61,575 nucleotides of DNA from Chiloscyllium plagiosum (GCF_004010195.1 NC_057718.1:1289096-1350670), one strand, 5' to 3'. Numbered from the stretch's first letter, positions 26,011-38,809 are shown. Notes: generated by a model not told the origin, from the sequence alone. Made by a program: numbers and translations.

Positions 26011-26270
26011 AGTGCCCGACTCTGGGTTACACCAGCTCATGCCATGCTGCAGAGAGAATGTCCTGCTTTGGGTTTCGTACGCCATGCTATGCCGCAGAGA
26101 GTGTTCCACTCTGGGCTACACCAGCCCACACCATGTCACCGAGAGTGTTTCACTCTGGACTACACCAGCCCACATTTTGTCACCACGTGTGTCCGGTTCT
26201 GGGTTACACCAGCTCACACCAAGTCGCAGACAGTGTCCCACTCCGGGTTTCTATTCCATACCATGCTGCC
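26010..26270. repeat. Degenerate ~44-bp tandem repeat; related copies at ~25095-25155 (inverted) and ~25250-25335
   Basis: Unit GTGTTCCACTCTGGGCTACACCAGCCCACACCATGTCACCGAGA. Confidence 0.8.
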
Positions 26271-27581
26271 ACTAGGGGTCCACTGCACGTGAATGGTCTC
26301 TGCAGCCACCCTGTCTCCAAAAACACTGCCACTGCTCCAAAACCCCTTGAAGCTGCCTCCTGCCAAACAGGTAAGCTTGAGGAAAAGAAAGAAGGGGGTA
26401 GAAGGAAAAAGAAAAAATGCAGAGGACAAGCCCAGTCACAGGAGCCCAACCTCTGCCTTTTCCACCGCTGCCACCTTGAGATGTTAACTGGAAATGTTAA
26501 CTCTGCTTTCTCTCCACAGATGTTATCAGAACTGCTGAGCTTTTCCAGCGATTTCTGTTTTTATTACCTAAATCTCTGGATTACTAATCCAGGGACAACA
26601 CCACTAAACTATTATCTCCATCTACATGGTCACAAAGAATGAAACCAATTGGTTCACCAATGTCCTGGAGGGAGTGAACATATGGAAGGAGTAGTAGTAG
26701 TAGGCCATTTGGCCCCTCAAGCCTGTTTTGCTGTTCACTAAGATCATGGCTGAATGTAAACTCAAATCCATATTTCCACTTATCCTTAATATCTTTCACC
26801 TGATTGCTTAACAAGAATCTATCCACCTCTACTTTAAAAATAGTCAAGGACTTTGCTTCCACCACCTTTTCAGGAAAATACTTCAAAAGATTCTCAAATA
26901 TTTTTCAGGAAAAATCTCATCTATTATCAGTTATCAATGGATGATTCTTGATTTATAATCAATGATCTCTCATTCTAGATTCTCCCCTATGCCCTCTAGT
27001 CCTGGACTCCCTGACCCCAGGGAAAAGACTTTGCCTAGAGAGCTATTGGCCAAATGCTGGCAAGTGGGACTAGAGTATTTTAGGATATCTGGTCAGCATG
27101 GATGAGTTGGTCTAAAAGTCTGTTTCTGTGCTGAAAAACTCTATGACTCCTAATTACCTTTGAAAAGGGATAAGCAAATTATTCAATTGTTTCGAAGAGG
27201 ATTGTTCAGCATCATTTTCTCAAGACTAACGAAATTTTTAATTTATTCACAGGATGAGGGTGTCGCTGGCTCAGCCAGCATTATTGATCACATTGCTGTC
27301 GGTCTGGAGTCACATGTAGTCCAGACTAGGTAAAGATGGCAGCTTCCTTCCCAGGAAGCAGTGAGCAACTGCTGAAATTATTAACCAAATCAGTTTGGGA
27401 TAATGGCAAACTTTTCATTTGCATACATCAAACTGACATTCATAGTTGTGATTGGTAGGAACACACATCATGCGCTCATCACAACAGCTCGCCTATGTTT
27501 GAGGGATATAGGGTGGGTGGCAAACACACATTGTGGCATACACAGTGTCATGTTGTCTCCTCAGACTAAACAGCTGTCCTG

Positions 27582-27962
27582 AATGAGAGGTACGGGGCCA
27601 CACCTGCTGCTATGCTTAATGGATGGTCCTGGAGCTCACCTGCCACTGTTTCCCATGACAGGTACTGGATATTACCTGTGACTGTATATAATGGGACGCA
27701 CTGAACCCTATGTGTTGCTGTGTTTAATGGGACATACTGGATTTACCTGTTGTTGATTTTTCATGGGAGGTACTGGGCCCTACCTGTTGCTGTGTTTAAT
27801 TGGAGATACTGGACTTACCTGTTCCTATGTTTAATAGGTGGTACTGGAGCTTACGTGTTGCTGGTTTTAGTGGGAGATACTGAAGTTTACCTACCACTGG
27901 TTTTAATGGGGGATATTGGAGCTTTCCTATTTTTGGTTTTACTGGGAGGTACTGGAACTTAC
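27582..27962 (-). repeat. ~11-copy degenerate 36-bp tandem repeat abutting and including the EFR3B 5' splice site
   Basis: Minus-strand consensus AAACACAGCAACAG|GTAAGCTCCAGTACCTCCCATT; the outermost copy contains the real donor. Confidence 0.88.
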
Positions 27963-28011
27963 CGATAGCTTTCTTCAGTGTTTCATATGTAATCTCCTCA
28001 GCTGGCATTTT
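27963..28011 (-). CDS. EFR3B: EFR3B coding exon: KMPAEEITYETLKKAI (canonical donor; in-frame alternatives downstream)
   Basis: ttacag|AAA ATG...ATC G|gtaagt, 49 nt; matches 'PAEEITYETLKKAI'. Confidence 0.93.
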
Positions 28012-29035
28012 CTGTAATGGGGAACAGATATTATAAAATCACTCAGATCCTGATATATGAACACTACATACCTGTTAACAATGGACTCAATTGCATTTAA
28101 ATATACATTAAGTGAGCAAAGATTAATAAACACAAAGTAACTGATTTTAGTTGATCTGTATTTTGTATTAGTTAAACAGTGAGTCCACCCAGGAAAAAAC
28201 ACTCAGTTCACTCATTGGTTGCGATTTAAGAGATTTCTCGATGCATCAACATGATTTTTAAAATTTCTTATATTCCCTCAAAGTGTGATTGCTAAATTAA
28301 TGCAATCAATCCAAGAGGATCTCTGAACTCACTCAGGCCAAGTGCTCACTCAGACTGTTGCTCCTAATCCAAGCAAAGTTCATCAAACTAAAATGGCTAC
28401 AGCACAGAATGATCCCATTTGATATCGTACCTGAGCTAACTCTTTGCCAGAGCAATGTAAAATTAAGCTGGCTGCTTGCATGTGTCATAGCTCTGTATCT
28501 TCCTTTGCTTCAAAAATTTATCTACTCCATTACTAGATCCAATTGTCTCTGAATTCACCGTCTCTTATAGCAATGCATTCCATGATCCAAAAAACCTAGT
28601 TCAAAGGTATTTCTCCTACCCTTGTCACCAAGGCTACAACCAGAGGAAATAGTTTCTTATTCAACCATCAAAACAGGCCAAAGCCTCCATTAGTTTACTT
28701 TCTCTCCTGCTTTGAAGTGGTCCCAGTATCATTTCTCTTTTCATAACTCTGGTTACCTCTCTCTGATCCATATGAAACAAGGAGCAGGAATAGATCAGAG
28801 AACCCATACAGCCTGCTCTATCATTCAGTACAGGCATGGCTGATCTTTGACTTCAACCCACCCATCTCACCTACTTCCCATATAACTTCAATCCCCAAGA
28901 GACCAAAAGTCTGTTTATTTCATTCTTAAAAATATTCAAAGATGGAGCATCCATAAACCTCCTGGGACTGAATTCTGATGATTCAAAACTTTTTGAGTGA
29001 GGAAGGTTTTCCTCATTTCACTTAAATGATTGACT

Positions 29036-31316
29036 TAAATGAATAAAGACATTAGGTTCTCGTCAAGAATGAAAAAGTATCAAATATTAGATATAAACAA
29101 CTGGGTTCAAGTGAATGTCTTGAACAATGTAAAGAGTGTACCGGCTTTCTTAAGAGGGAAATCAGGAAGGCAAGGATATGAGATAGCCTTGGCAAATAAG
29201 GCAAAGGATAATCCAAAGAGATTCTACAAGTAGAGTACATTAAGAGCAAAAGAGCAACAAGAGAGAGAGTACTGTCCCTTAAAAATCAAGAAGGCTGTCT
29301 TTGTGTTGAATCTTAGGAGATGTGAGAGATATTAAATTAATATTTTGCATCAGTTTTTATTGTGGAGGAAAAGAAATGAAGGCTAGATAATTCACGGAAA
29401 TAGATATTGATATTTTAAAAACAGTTTACATTACATAAGACGATGTATCAGAGGTCTTCGAAAACATAAAGGTGGTTAAATCTCCAGGAATTGGACCGCA
29501 GGGTCTGTTTCCATGCTGTGCAGTTCTATGACCTGATCCAGTGTATCCCAGGCCTTTGTGGAAAGTTAGGAAGGAAATTGTGGGAAATTGCTTCTTGCAG
29601 AAATATTTGTATCATCTATAAATACGGTGAGGTGCTGAATGTCTGGAGAATGGCTAATGCTGTACCGTTGTTTAAGAAAGGATCTAAGTAGAAGCCTGAG
29701 AACCAAAGACCTGTGAGTCTGACTGTGGTGCTGGGTAAGTTGTTGAAAGTGATTCTGAAAGATAACATTTATATGTATTTGGAGAGGCAAGGAATGATTA
29801 GGGATATTCAGAATGGTTTTGTGCAAAGGTAAACATATCGCACAAACTTGATTGAGTTTTTTGAAGAAGTAACCTAGAGATTGATGACAGGATACATTGT
29901 TTATTTAGTAAAGCCTTTGACAAGGTTCCACATGGTAGACTAATTAGTAAAGTTAGATCACATGGGATTCAGGGTGAGCTTGCCAATTAGATACAAAGTT
30001 GGTTTAATGGCAGGAGACAGAGTGATGGTGCAGGGTTGTTTTTCGGACTGGAAGCCTGTGACCAGCTATTCCCCACAGACCACTTTTGTTTGTCATTTAT
30101 AGAAATGATTAACTTGAAAATATAGAAAGCATGATTAATAAATTGGAAGATAACACCAGGTTTGGTGGCATAGTGATAGTGAAGAAGGTTATCATAGAAT
30201 CAGAGAATCTCTACAGTGTGGAAACAGGCAATTTGGCCCAACAGGTCCACATTGACCCTCCAAACAGTAACCCACCCAGACCCATTCTGCTACCCTATTA
30301 TTCTTCATTCACCCCTGACTAATGCACCTGACCTTCATCTCCCTGAACACTATGGACAATTTAGCATGGCCAATTCCTGCACATCTTTGGACTGTGGGAG
30401 GAAACCGGAGCACCCGGAAGAAACCCACGCAGGCACGGGGAAGAATGTGCAAACTCCACACAGACAGTCTCCCAAAGTTGAAATTGAATCCGGGTCCCTA
30501 GCACTGTGAGGCAGCAGTGCTCTTGATAAATTGGGCCATGGGCTAAGAAGTGATAGATGGAGTTTAATTTGGATAAATGTGAGATATTGCATTTTGGTAA
30601 AACAAACAAAGGCAGGACTTATACAATTAAAAGTAGGGCCCTGGGCAGTGTTGTAGCCAGAGAGACCTAGAGGTTCAGGTATATAATTCTTTGAAGTTTA
30701 CAAACCATATAGACAGGATAGGTTTGTTCAGCATGCTTGCCTTCATTACTCAGACCTTTGAATTTAGGAGTTGGGGAGATATGTTGAGGTTTGTGAGGCC
30801 TCCTCTGCAGTATTGTGTCCATTTCTGGTCATCCTGTTATAGGAAGGATATATTAAGCTGGAGGGGGTTCATAAGAAATTTACCGGGATGTTGCTTGGAA
30901 TGGAGGGTTTGAGTTATAACAAGAGGTTCGATAACCTGGGACTTTTTCACTGGATGGTAGAAGGTTGAGAGATTTATAAAATAATGAGCGGTTTAGATAA
31001 GGTGAATTGCAGGGGTCTTTTTCCTAGGGTGGGGGATTTCAAGACTAGGATCTATATTTTTAAGGTGAGAGGCGAAAGATTTAAAAAAGGCATGAGGGGT
31101 AATTTGATTCCACAGAGAATGGTTCGTGTGTAGAATGAACTTCCAGAGGAAGCGATGGATGAAAGTACAGTTACAATGTTTAAAAGATATTTAGATAAGT
31201 ACATGAATAAGAAAGGTTTGGAGGGATATGGAAGGTGGGGCGAGATTAGTTTAGAATTATGGTTGGTATGAACTGGTTGGACTGAAGGGTGTGTTTCCAT
31301 AATATATGACTCTATA
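29036..31316 (+). mobile_element. CR1 LINE ORF2 fragment (with HE1 SINE inside)
   Basis: KDNPKRFY, ANAVPLFKKG, RPPLQYCVHFW; TATGACTCTA tail. Confidence 0.88.
30192..30521 (-). mobile_element. HE1-type tRNA-derived V-SINE
   Basis: Reverse complement of GCACTGCTGCCTCACAG..GGGACCCGGATTCAAT head, V-domain TGTGTGGAGTTTGCACATTCT, CR1-like tail. Confidence 0.85.
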
Positions 31317-31469
31317 ATTCCTCACCCTGAGACTGTTCTTGTGATGTTGAAGGTGTGTACTGTACCTTTAAGAGAGAGAGAAAGCTGTTCTGAACTGAGC
31401 CATTATAACCATCTGTGGATATAATTAAAATGGCAGTCCCAGTGTGTACTGAAAAACTGAAAACTTTTT

Positions 31470-33390
31470 TAAAAATTCATTTGTGGGACTTGGGTGTCAC
31501 TGGTTGGCCAGCATTGATGGCCTGTCCCTATTTGACTTTTGAGATGGTAGCGGTAAAGCTGCCTTCTTGAATCACTGCAGTCCACTTGCTGTGGCTTAGC
31601 CCACAATACTGGTCGGGAGGGAATTCCAGGTTTTTGACCCAATGACTGTGAAGGAACGGCAGTATATTTCCAAGTCAGGATGGTGAGTGGCTTGGAAGGG
31701 AACTTGCAGGGGGTGGTGTTCCCAAATACTTGCTACCCTTGTCCTTCTAGGTGGAAGTGGTCATGGGTTTGGAAGGCACTGTCTAAGGATCTTTGGTAAA
31801 TTGCTACAGTGCATCAATTGCTGCTGAGTACTGGTGCTGGAGGAATTGAATGTTTACAGATGTGTGCCAATCAAGCGGGTTGCTTTGTCCTGGATGGTGT
31901 CAAGATTCTTGAGTGTTGTTGGAGCTGCCCCCATCCAGCAAAGTGGGGACTATTCCATCACACTCCTGACTTGTCCTTGTAGCTGGTGGATAGGCTTTGG
32001 AGTATCAGGAGGTGACTTACTTGCCGTAGTATCCCGAGTCTCTGACCTGCTCTTGTAGCCACTGTGTTATGTGGTGAGTCCAGTTGAGTTTCTGGTCAAG
32101 GGTAGATCCAAGAATGTTGACAGTGAGGGATTCAGTGATGATAATACCATTGAATGTCAAGGGACAGTGGTTAGAGTGGTTCTAATTGGTGATGGTCATT
32201 GCGTGGCAGTTGTGTAGCACGAATGTTACTTACCATTTGTTGGCCTAAGCCTGGATATTGTCCAAATCTTGTTGCAATTGAGCACGGATTGCTTCAGTAT
32301 CTGAGAAGTTGCAAATGGTGCTGAACACTGTGCAATCATCAGAGAACATTCCCATTTCTGACCTTATGACAGAGGGAAGGTCATTGATGAAGCAGCTGAA
32401 GATGGTTGGGCCTGGGACACTACCCTGAGAGGCTCCTGCATCCTGCAGAGATGTCCTGGAAATGACTGACCCTCCACAACCACAACCATCTTCCTTTATG
32501 GCAGGCATGACTCAAACCAGTGGAATGTTTGCCCCGATGCCCATTGCCAGGGTTTTGCCAGGGTTCCTTGACGCCACACTCGGTCAGATGTGGCCTGATG
32601 TCAAGGGCTGTCCCTCTCCCCTCCCCTCTGGAATTCAGCTCTTTTGTCCATGTTTGACCCAAGGCTGTAATGAGGTCAGGAGCAAAGTGACTCTGGTGAA
32701 ACTCAAACTGGGCGCCACTGAACAGGTTATTGCTGAGCAGGAGCTGCTTGATAGCTCTGTTGATGACCCTTTCCATCACTTTATTGATGATGGAGAGTGG
32801 ATTAATTGGGCAGTAATTGGTCGATTTGGATTTGTCCTGCTTTTTGTGTACAGGACATACCTGGGCAATTATCCACATTGTCGGATAGATGCCAGTGTTA
32901 TAACTGTACTGGAACAGCTTGGCTAGGGGGGGCGGTAAGTTCCGGAGCACACGTCTTCAGTATTATTGCCAGATTGTTATCAGAGCCCATTGCTTTTGCA
33001 GTATCCAGTACCTCCAGCTGTTTCTTGATATCATGTGGAGTGAATTGAATTGGCTGGAGACTGGTATCTGTGATGCTGGGAACCACTGGAGGGGCCCAAG
33101 ATGGATCATCCACTTGGCACTTCTGACTGAAGATTGTTGTGAATGCATCAGCCTTATCTTTTGCACTGATGTGTTGGGCTTCTTCATTATTGAAGATGGG
33201 GATATTTGTGGAGCCTCCTCCTCCAGTGAGTTGTTTAATTGTCCACCATCATTCATGACTGGATGTGGAAGGGCTGCAGAACTTAGATTTGATCCATTGG
33301 TTGTAGGATCACTTACATTTGCTGTTCATGCTGCTTGGCATACATGTAATCCTGTTTGATAGCTTCACCAGATTGGCACCTCATTCTTAC
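31470..33390 (-). mobile_element. CR1/L2-group LINE (second family), RT and 3' end
   Basis: KTCAPEL..LAKLFQYSYNTGIYP, QGSVPGPTIFSCFINDLP, FSDD. Confidence 0.85.
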
Positions 33391-33570
33391 AAATGTGTTA
33401 CATTTGCCTGTGAAATGGATATCTGAGTTTTAGTTGCTGTTTTGACAACAACTTGAATTTAACCAATCAGTTTACATTATGCCCCAGGATACTAAAACCC
33501 AATTGAGTGCAAAAGTATTGCTTTGCCAATATCAAACCAATGAGATGATCTGATGTTAGAGGGGAATAAG

Positions 33571-34606
33571 AATTGAATTGAATTGAGGCACAGTGAAAAG
33601 CTTTGTCTTGCGAGCAATACAGGCAGATCACTGAGTTAAGTAGCATAGATAAGTAAATAATAGGTAAACAGCGGCAAAAACCAAAACACAGGTACAGGAA
33701 AATGTTAAGAGTTTGTAAGTCCATTCAGTATTCTAAATACTGTAAGGTAGAAACTGTTACAAAACTGGTTGGTGCATGTGTTCAGGCTTCTATACCTTCT
33801 CCCTGATGGTAGAGGTTGTAGAAAAACATTGCCAGGGTGGGATGGATTTTTGAGAATGCTGACGGCCTTTCCTTGACAGTGGGCCTGGTAGGTGGATTCT
33901 ATAGATGGGAGGTTGGCCTTTGTGATTGTCCGTGCCGGGTTCACCACTCTCTGTAACCGTCTCCAATCTTGAATGGTACAGTTACCATACCAGGTAGTGA
34001 TACATCCAGACAGAATGCTCTCGATGGCGCACTTATAAAAGTTGGCAAGGATATTTGCCATCATGCCAAATTTCCTCAGCTGCCTGAGGAAGAAGACCCG
34101 TTGTTGGGCCTTTGTAACTAGTGCATCCACATGAAGAGTCCAAGAAAGCTTGTTGTGGATGACCACTCCCAGGAGCTTGACACTCTCCACTCATTCCGCC
34201 TCTGTGCTGTTAATGTGTAGGGGGGCAGGAGTGACATCCCGCCAAAAGTCAATAATGAGTTCCTTGGTTTTGCTGGCATTGAGAACGAGGTTGTTCTTGG
34301 TGCACCATTTTTCCAGGACTTCCACCTCCCGTCTGTAGCCTGTTTCATCGCCATCTGAGATTCGACCGACTATGGTGGTGTCATCAGCGAACATGTAATA
34401 TGGCAGTCTGGTATTTGGTGACGCAGTCATGGGTATACAGTGAGTACAGTAGGGGGCTGAGTATGCACCCAGGGGGCTCCAGTGTTGAATGCTAGTAAGT
34501 ATTGTCCCCAATCTTCACTGATTGTGGCCTGTGGGTCAGGAAACCGAGGATCCAGTTGCAGAGAATGGGGCTTAGTCCGAGATCACTAAGTTCAGTAATC
34601 AGTCTC
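33571..34606 (-). mobile_element. Rex1/Babar-type LINE RT 3' fragment
   Basis: FADDTTIVG, LNASKTKELIIDF, KAQQRVFFLRQLRKF; (TTCAA)n tail. Confidence 0.9.
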
Positions 34607-36010
34607 TGTAGACATTTTGAAAATTGGCCAGAGAGTAACTGCTGTAGAGAGAGAAAAACTCCTGGAGAGCTAATTGCCCGTCTAACATCTTGCTCTCAAA
34701 CAAATCAAAAAACACCCTCTATCAAAGGTACCTTTCATGCGAAACACACTGACAGTAAAAAGAAAGAAGGGGACCAGGGGTGGTCAGCAGCCGGAAGAGT
34801 GAAAACACAGAAGAAGACATAGACTATGTGGTTTTGAAATTAAGTTGATGTAATTTTATGAATTGTCTTATCAGAATTGATTATTATTATTAATTGGAAC
34901 AGCATTATTTTTATAGATTTGGAGGCAGATATAAGCAGTTAAGAGAAAAGAAGGGGGAGGCTTAGATTTGTGAATATTTGTTGTTTAATGTGCACTTTTA
35001 GAGTTAGAAATAGATTGATGTTATTTTCTTTAAATAGTGGAATTTGGGAGTTCTCTGTCACTCATTTTAACAGATTACGAGGCGAGATGAGCTTTTCTGG
35101 GTGTTTGGTTAATGAACAGAAAAGGTTCGCCTCCGTGTCGTAACACTGCCTGCGTGTCCTAGATTCCCTTGCCGGCAGAAATAACCTCTCAGTGTCTACC
35201 ATACCAAACGTCTTCAGAATTATGTATGTTTCAATAAGATCACCTTCTCATTCCTCTGAACTCCAGAAAGTATTGATCCAATTTACGCAGCCTCCCATCA
35301 TAGGGCAACTATGCCACTGCTACTGCAAGTAAATTCTTCTTTAAATAAAAGAACAAAACTGTATCGGGTGCTCGATGTATAGTCTCACCAATGCCTTGTA
35401 CAATTGTGCCAAGCCATCTTTACTCTTACACACCAATAAACTTGCAACAAATGCATAAGTCCTTCATCAGAAATGTGCTGCCTGACCTGCTGTACTTTTC
35501 TAGCAGCACACTCTTGACTCTGATCTCCAGTATCTGCAGTCCTCACTTTCTCACCTTACTATGGGAAGGATATTATTAAACTGGAAAGAGTATAGAATAC
35601 ATTTACAAGGTCTGAGTTATAGGGAAAGATTGGACAAGCTAGGACTTTTTTTTACAGCGTAGGAGACTGAGGGGAGATCTTATAGAAAATTAAGAGGAAA
35701 AGCGAATCTGAGGAGCAACATTTTTACAAGAGGTGGTATGCATATGGAATGAGCTGCCAGTGGATGTGGTTGACGTGGATATATTAACAACACTTAAAGG
35801 AATTTGGACAAATACAGGGTAGGAAAGGTTTCGAAGGATATGGGCCAAGTGCAGGGAAATGGGCTTAGCTTTGAAGGACATTTTGATCGGCATAAACCAG
35901 TTTGGGCCAAAGGGCCTGTCTCCTTGCTGTAGGAATCTATGACTATAATTAATATCTTGCAGTATTTAATACAAATTTATCATTACATCTTCATATAAGA
36001 AGGGACTTAC

Positions 36011-36102
36011 CTCCTCTTTTTCTGGACTGTTGCGTGACTCCACTTCCACTTGTAGTGAGATAGTCTCTCCAATGCTCTTTCGCTTTGATAAACGGTCCTC
36101 TT
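36011..36102 (-). CDS. EFR3B: EFR3B coding exon: EEDRLSKRKSIGETISLQVEVESRNSPEKEE
   Basis: tcacag|AA GAG...GAG|gtaagt, 92 nt; near-identical to EFR3B 'EDRLSKRRSIGETISLQVEVESRNSPEKEE', which favours B over A. Confidence 0.96.
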
Positions 36103-36636
36103 CTGTGAGGCAGCATGCACAAGACATTAGTTTTTTTCAAAAGGATTCATTTTGAAAGGTAGCTCAAAGAAATAACTGTCTGTGAAAAAAGAGCTTATTC
36201 CCTCTGGCCAGTTTGTATCCTACATCTCTCTTCCCCAACTACATCTCTGAGACACAATGACGAGGTAGCATAGGATAATTAGAATGGGATCTTCGCAAAT
36301 CTTAGCTACATGGATTCCATCACTGTCATGATCTGGTTCTGATTAAGTGCCAAGGGAAGCCACAGAAACATTTCCTTTCTTTCTCTAAGCCTGTGTGAAT
36401 TTCACAAGTTGTTTCTAAGTATCAAATTTCTTATTCCAAGTATCTCAGACCTGTATCATCATAGCCACCCTAGGTTAGTAACTCTTGGACTTATCTTTCA
36501 CTCAACGATATTCATGCTACAGGATAACAGCTGGGAATCCCGTTAGGTTGAGAAGCCAATTATTGATACATTTCCCAAGTATTGTCTGGCAGTTAGTTGA
36601 TACAGGAGAAAGTAAAAATTTATTACAGTCCCATAC

Positions 36637-36764
36637 CTGTGAATTGTGGAATATAGGGTATTCCCAATCTATCAGAGCTGTAGCCGCTGCCTGCCAGAAC
36701 TTCACTGATCTTACTCTGCAGGAATAGCAAATCCTTCTCTAATCTGTCCATAGAATTGGGTACG
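36637..36764 (-). CDS. EFR3B: EFR3B coding exon: VPNSMDRLEKDLLFLQSKISEVLAGSGYSSDRLGIPYIPQFT
   Basis: ttttccacag|C GTA...ACA G|gtatgg, 128 nt; matches 'LLFRQSKISEVLGGSGYNSDRL..PYIPQLT'. Confidence 0.94.
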
Positions 36765-37599
36765 CTGTGGAAAAGAGAAACACAAGATGGTCAGCAGCAA
36801 GGATGTATAAGGACCCAGGAGGAAATGGTGGGAAGTTGCTACACCAGATTAATATTCTTGAGGAATAAACTGATGATCTGCAAACGTGAATCGAAATCTA
36901 TTATGGCAGTCGAGGAGCTTAAGTTCATAGCAGAGAGAAACATAAAAGATAGGAGCAGGAGTAAGCCATTCAACCCCTTGAGCCTGCTCCACCATTCAAT
37001 ATGGCCATTGAGCTCAATACCCTAATTCTACCCTCCCGTCCCATATCCCTTGATCCTTTTAGCTAATTACCACATGCCATCCTCCCTCAGCTAATGAATC
37101 AGTACTTCCCAATGTTGAGTAACACTTGGAGGAAGCACTGAAGGTGGCAAGGGTGCAAAATGTATTCTGGGTGGGGAATTTCAATGTTACCAAGACTGGT
37201 TTGGCAGGAGTACTCCTGATTGAGCTGGTTGAGTCCTAAAGGACATAGCTGATTGGCTGGGTCTGCAGCAGGTTGTGAGGGAGCCAACAAGACGGAAACA
37301 TGTGCTTGACCTCATTCTTGGTAAAAACAATGACTGCAGATGATGGAAACCAGATTCTGGATTAGAGTGGTGCTGGAAAAGCACAGCAGTTCAGGCAGCA
37401 TCCGAGGAGCAGGAAAACGTCGATTTTCCCGCTCCTTGGATGCTGCTTGACCTCATTCTTACCAATCTGCTGGCTTCAGATGCATCTATCAGTGGTCATT
37501 AAGAGTGACCACTGCAAAATCCTTGTGGATACAAAGTCATGTCTTCACTTCACTATCATGTTGTGTGGCACTATAACTGCTAAATGGGATAGACATTGA

Positions 37600-38806
37600 A
37601 CAGGAGAAAGTGAGGTCTGCAGATGCTGGAGATCAAAGTTGAAACTTTATTGCTGGAACAGCACAGCAGGTCAGNNNNNNNNNNNNNNNNNNNNNNNNNN
37701 NNNNNNNNNNNNNNNNNNNNNNNNNNNNNNNNNNNNNNNNNNNNNNNNNNNNNNNNNNNNNNNNNNNNNNNNNNNNNNNNNNNNNNNNNNNNNNNNNNNN
37801 NNNNNNNNNNNNNNNNNNNNNNNNNNNNNNNNNNNNNNNNNNNNNNNNNNNNNNNNNNNNNNNNNNNNNNNNNNNNNNNNNNNNNNNNNNNNNNNNNNNN
37901 NNNNNNNNNNNNNNNNNNNNNNNNNNNNNNNNNNNNNNNNNNNNNNNNNNNNNNNNNNNNNNNNNNNNNNNNNNNNNNNNNNNNNNNNNNNNNNNNNNNN
38001 NNNNNNNNNNNNNNNNNNNNNNNNNNNNNNNNNNNNNNNNNNNNNNNNNNNNNNNNNNNNNNNNNNNNNNNNNNNNNNNNNNNNNNNNNNNNNNNNNNNN
38101 NNNNNNNNNNNNNNNNNNNNNNNNNNNNNNNNNNNNNNNNNNNNNNNNNNNNNNNNNNNNNNNNNNNNNNNNNNNNNNNNNNNNNNNNNNNNNNNNNNNN
38201 NNNNNNNNNNNNNNNNNNNNNNNNNNNNNNNNNNNNNNNNNNNNNNNNNNNNNNNNNNNNNNNNNNNNNNNNNNNNNNNNNNNNNNNNNNNNNNNNNNNN
38301 NNNNNNNNNNNNNNNNNNNNNNNNNNNNNNNNNNNNNNNNNNNNNNNNNNNNNNNNNNNNNNNNNNNNNNNNNNNNNNNNNNNNNNNNNNNNNNNNNNNN
38401 NNNNNNNNNNNNNNNNNNNNNNNNNNNNNNNNNNNNNNNNNNNNNNNNNNNNNNNNNNNNNNNNNNNNNNNNNNNNNNNNNNNNNNNNTGGGAGGAGGTG
38501 TAGTCTAGGTAGCTGTGGGAGTCGGTTGGTTTGTAGTAGATGTCCGTGTTGATTCGGTCGCCTGAGATAGAAACAGAAAGGTCTAGGAAGGGGAGGGAGG
38601 AGTCCGAGACTGTCCAGGTGAATTTGAGGTCGGGGTGGAAGGTGTTAGTGTAGTGGATGAACTGTTCAACCTCCTCGTGGGAGCACGAGGTAGCGCCGAT
38701 ACAGTCATCAATGTAGCGAAGGAAAAGATGGGGGGTGGGGCCAGTGTAGTTGCGGAAGATGGATTGTTCCACATACCCTACGAAGAGGCAGGCATAGCTG
38801 GGGCAT
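37600..38806 (-). mobile_element. Penelope-like element (RT part and terminal repeat, with gap)
   Basis: PSYACLFVGYVEQ, LRYIDD, LPFLD, YKPTDSHSYLDY; terminal repeat at ~37600-37674. Confidence 0.88.
37675..38488. other. Assembly gap
   Basis: Run of N. Confidence 1.
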
Positions 38807-38809
38807 CAC

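Larger units (their letters stand above)
31337..35145 (+). mobile_element. Solo LTR of the same family as 6994-7802, split by two LINE insertions (pieces ~31337-31465, ~33391-33570, ~34607-35145)
   Basis: Collinear similarity to 6994-7802; ends TCGTAACA; flanks CTGT/CTGC (4-bp TSD with one mismatch). Confidence 0.82.

Noticed and set aside
25052..27500. env gene or 3' LTR of the ERV
   Set aside because: No signal peptide/furin/TM-type ORF, polypurine tract or second copy of the 19000-19351 sequence was seen; the region is Rex1, CR1 and minisatellite sequence.
6994..35145. The two related LTRs as ends of a single 28-kb provirus enclosing the ERV
   Set aside because: Each has its own 4-bp TSD, host exons lie between them, and the ERV's own LTR (ending 19351) is unrelated in sequence.
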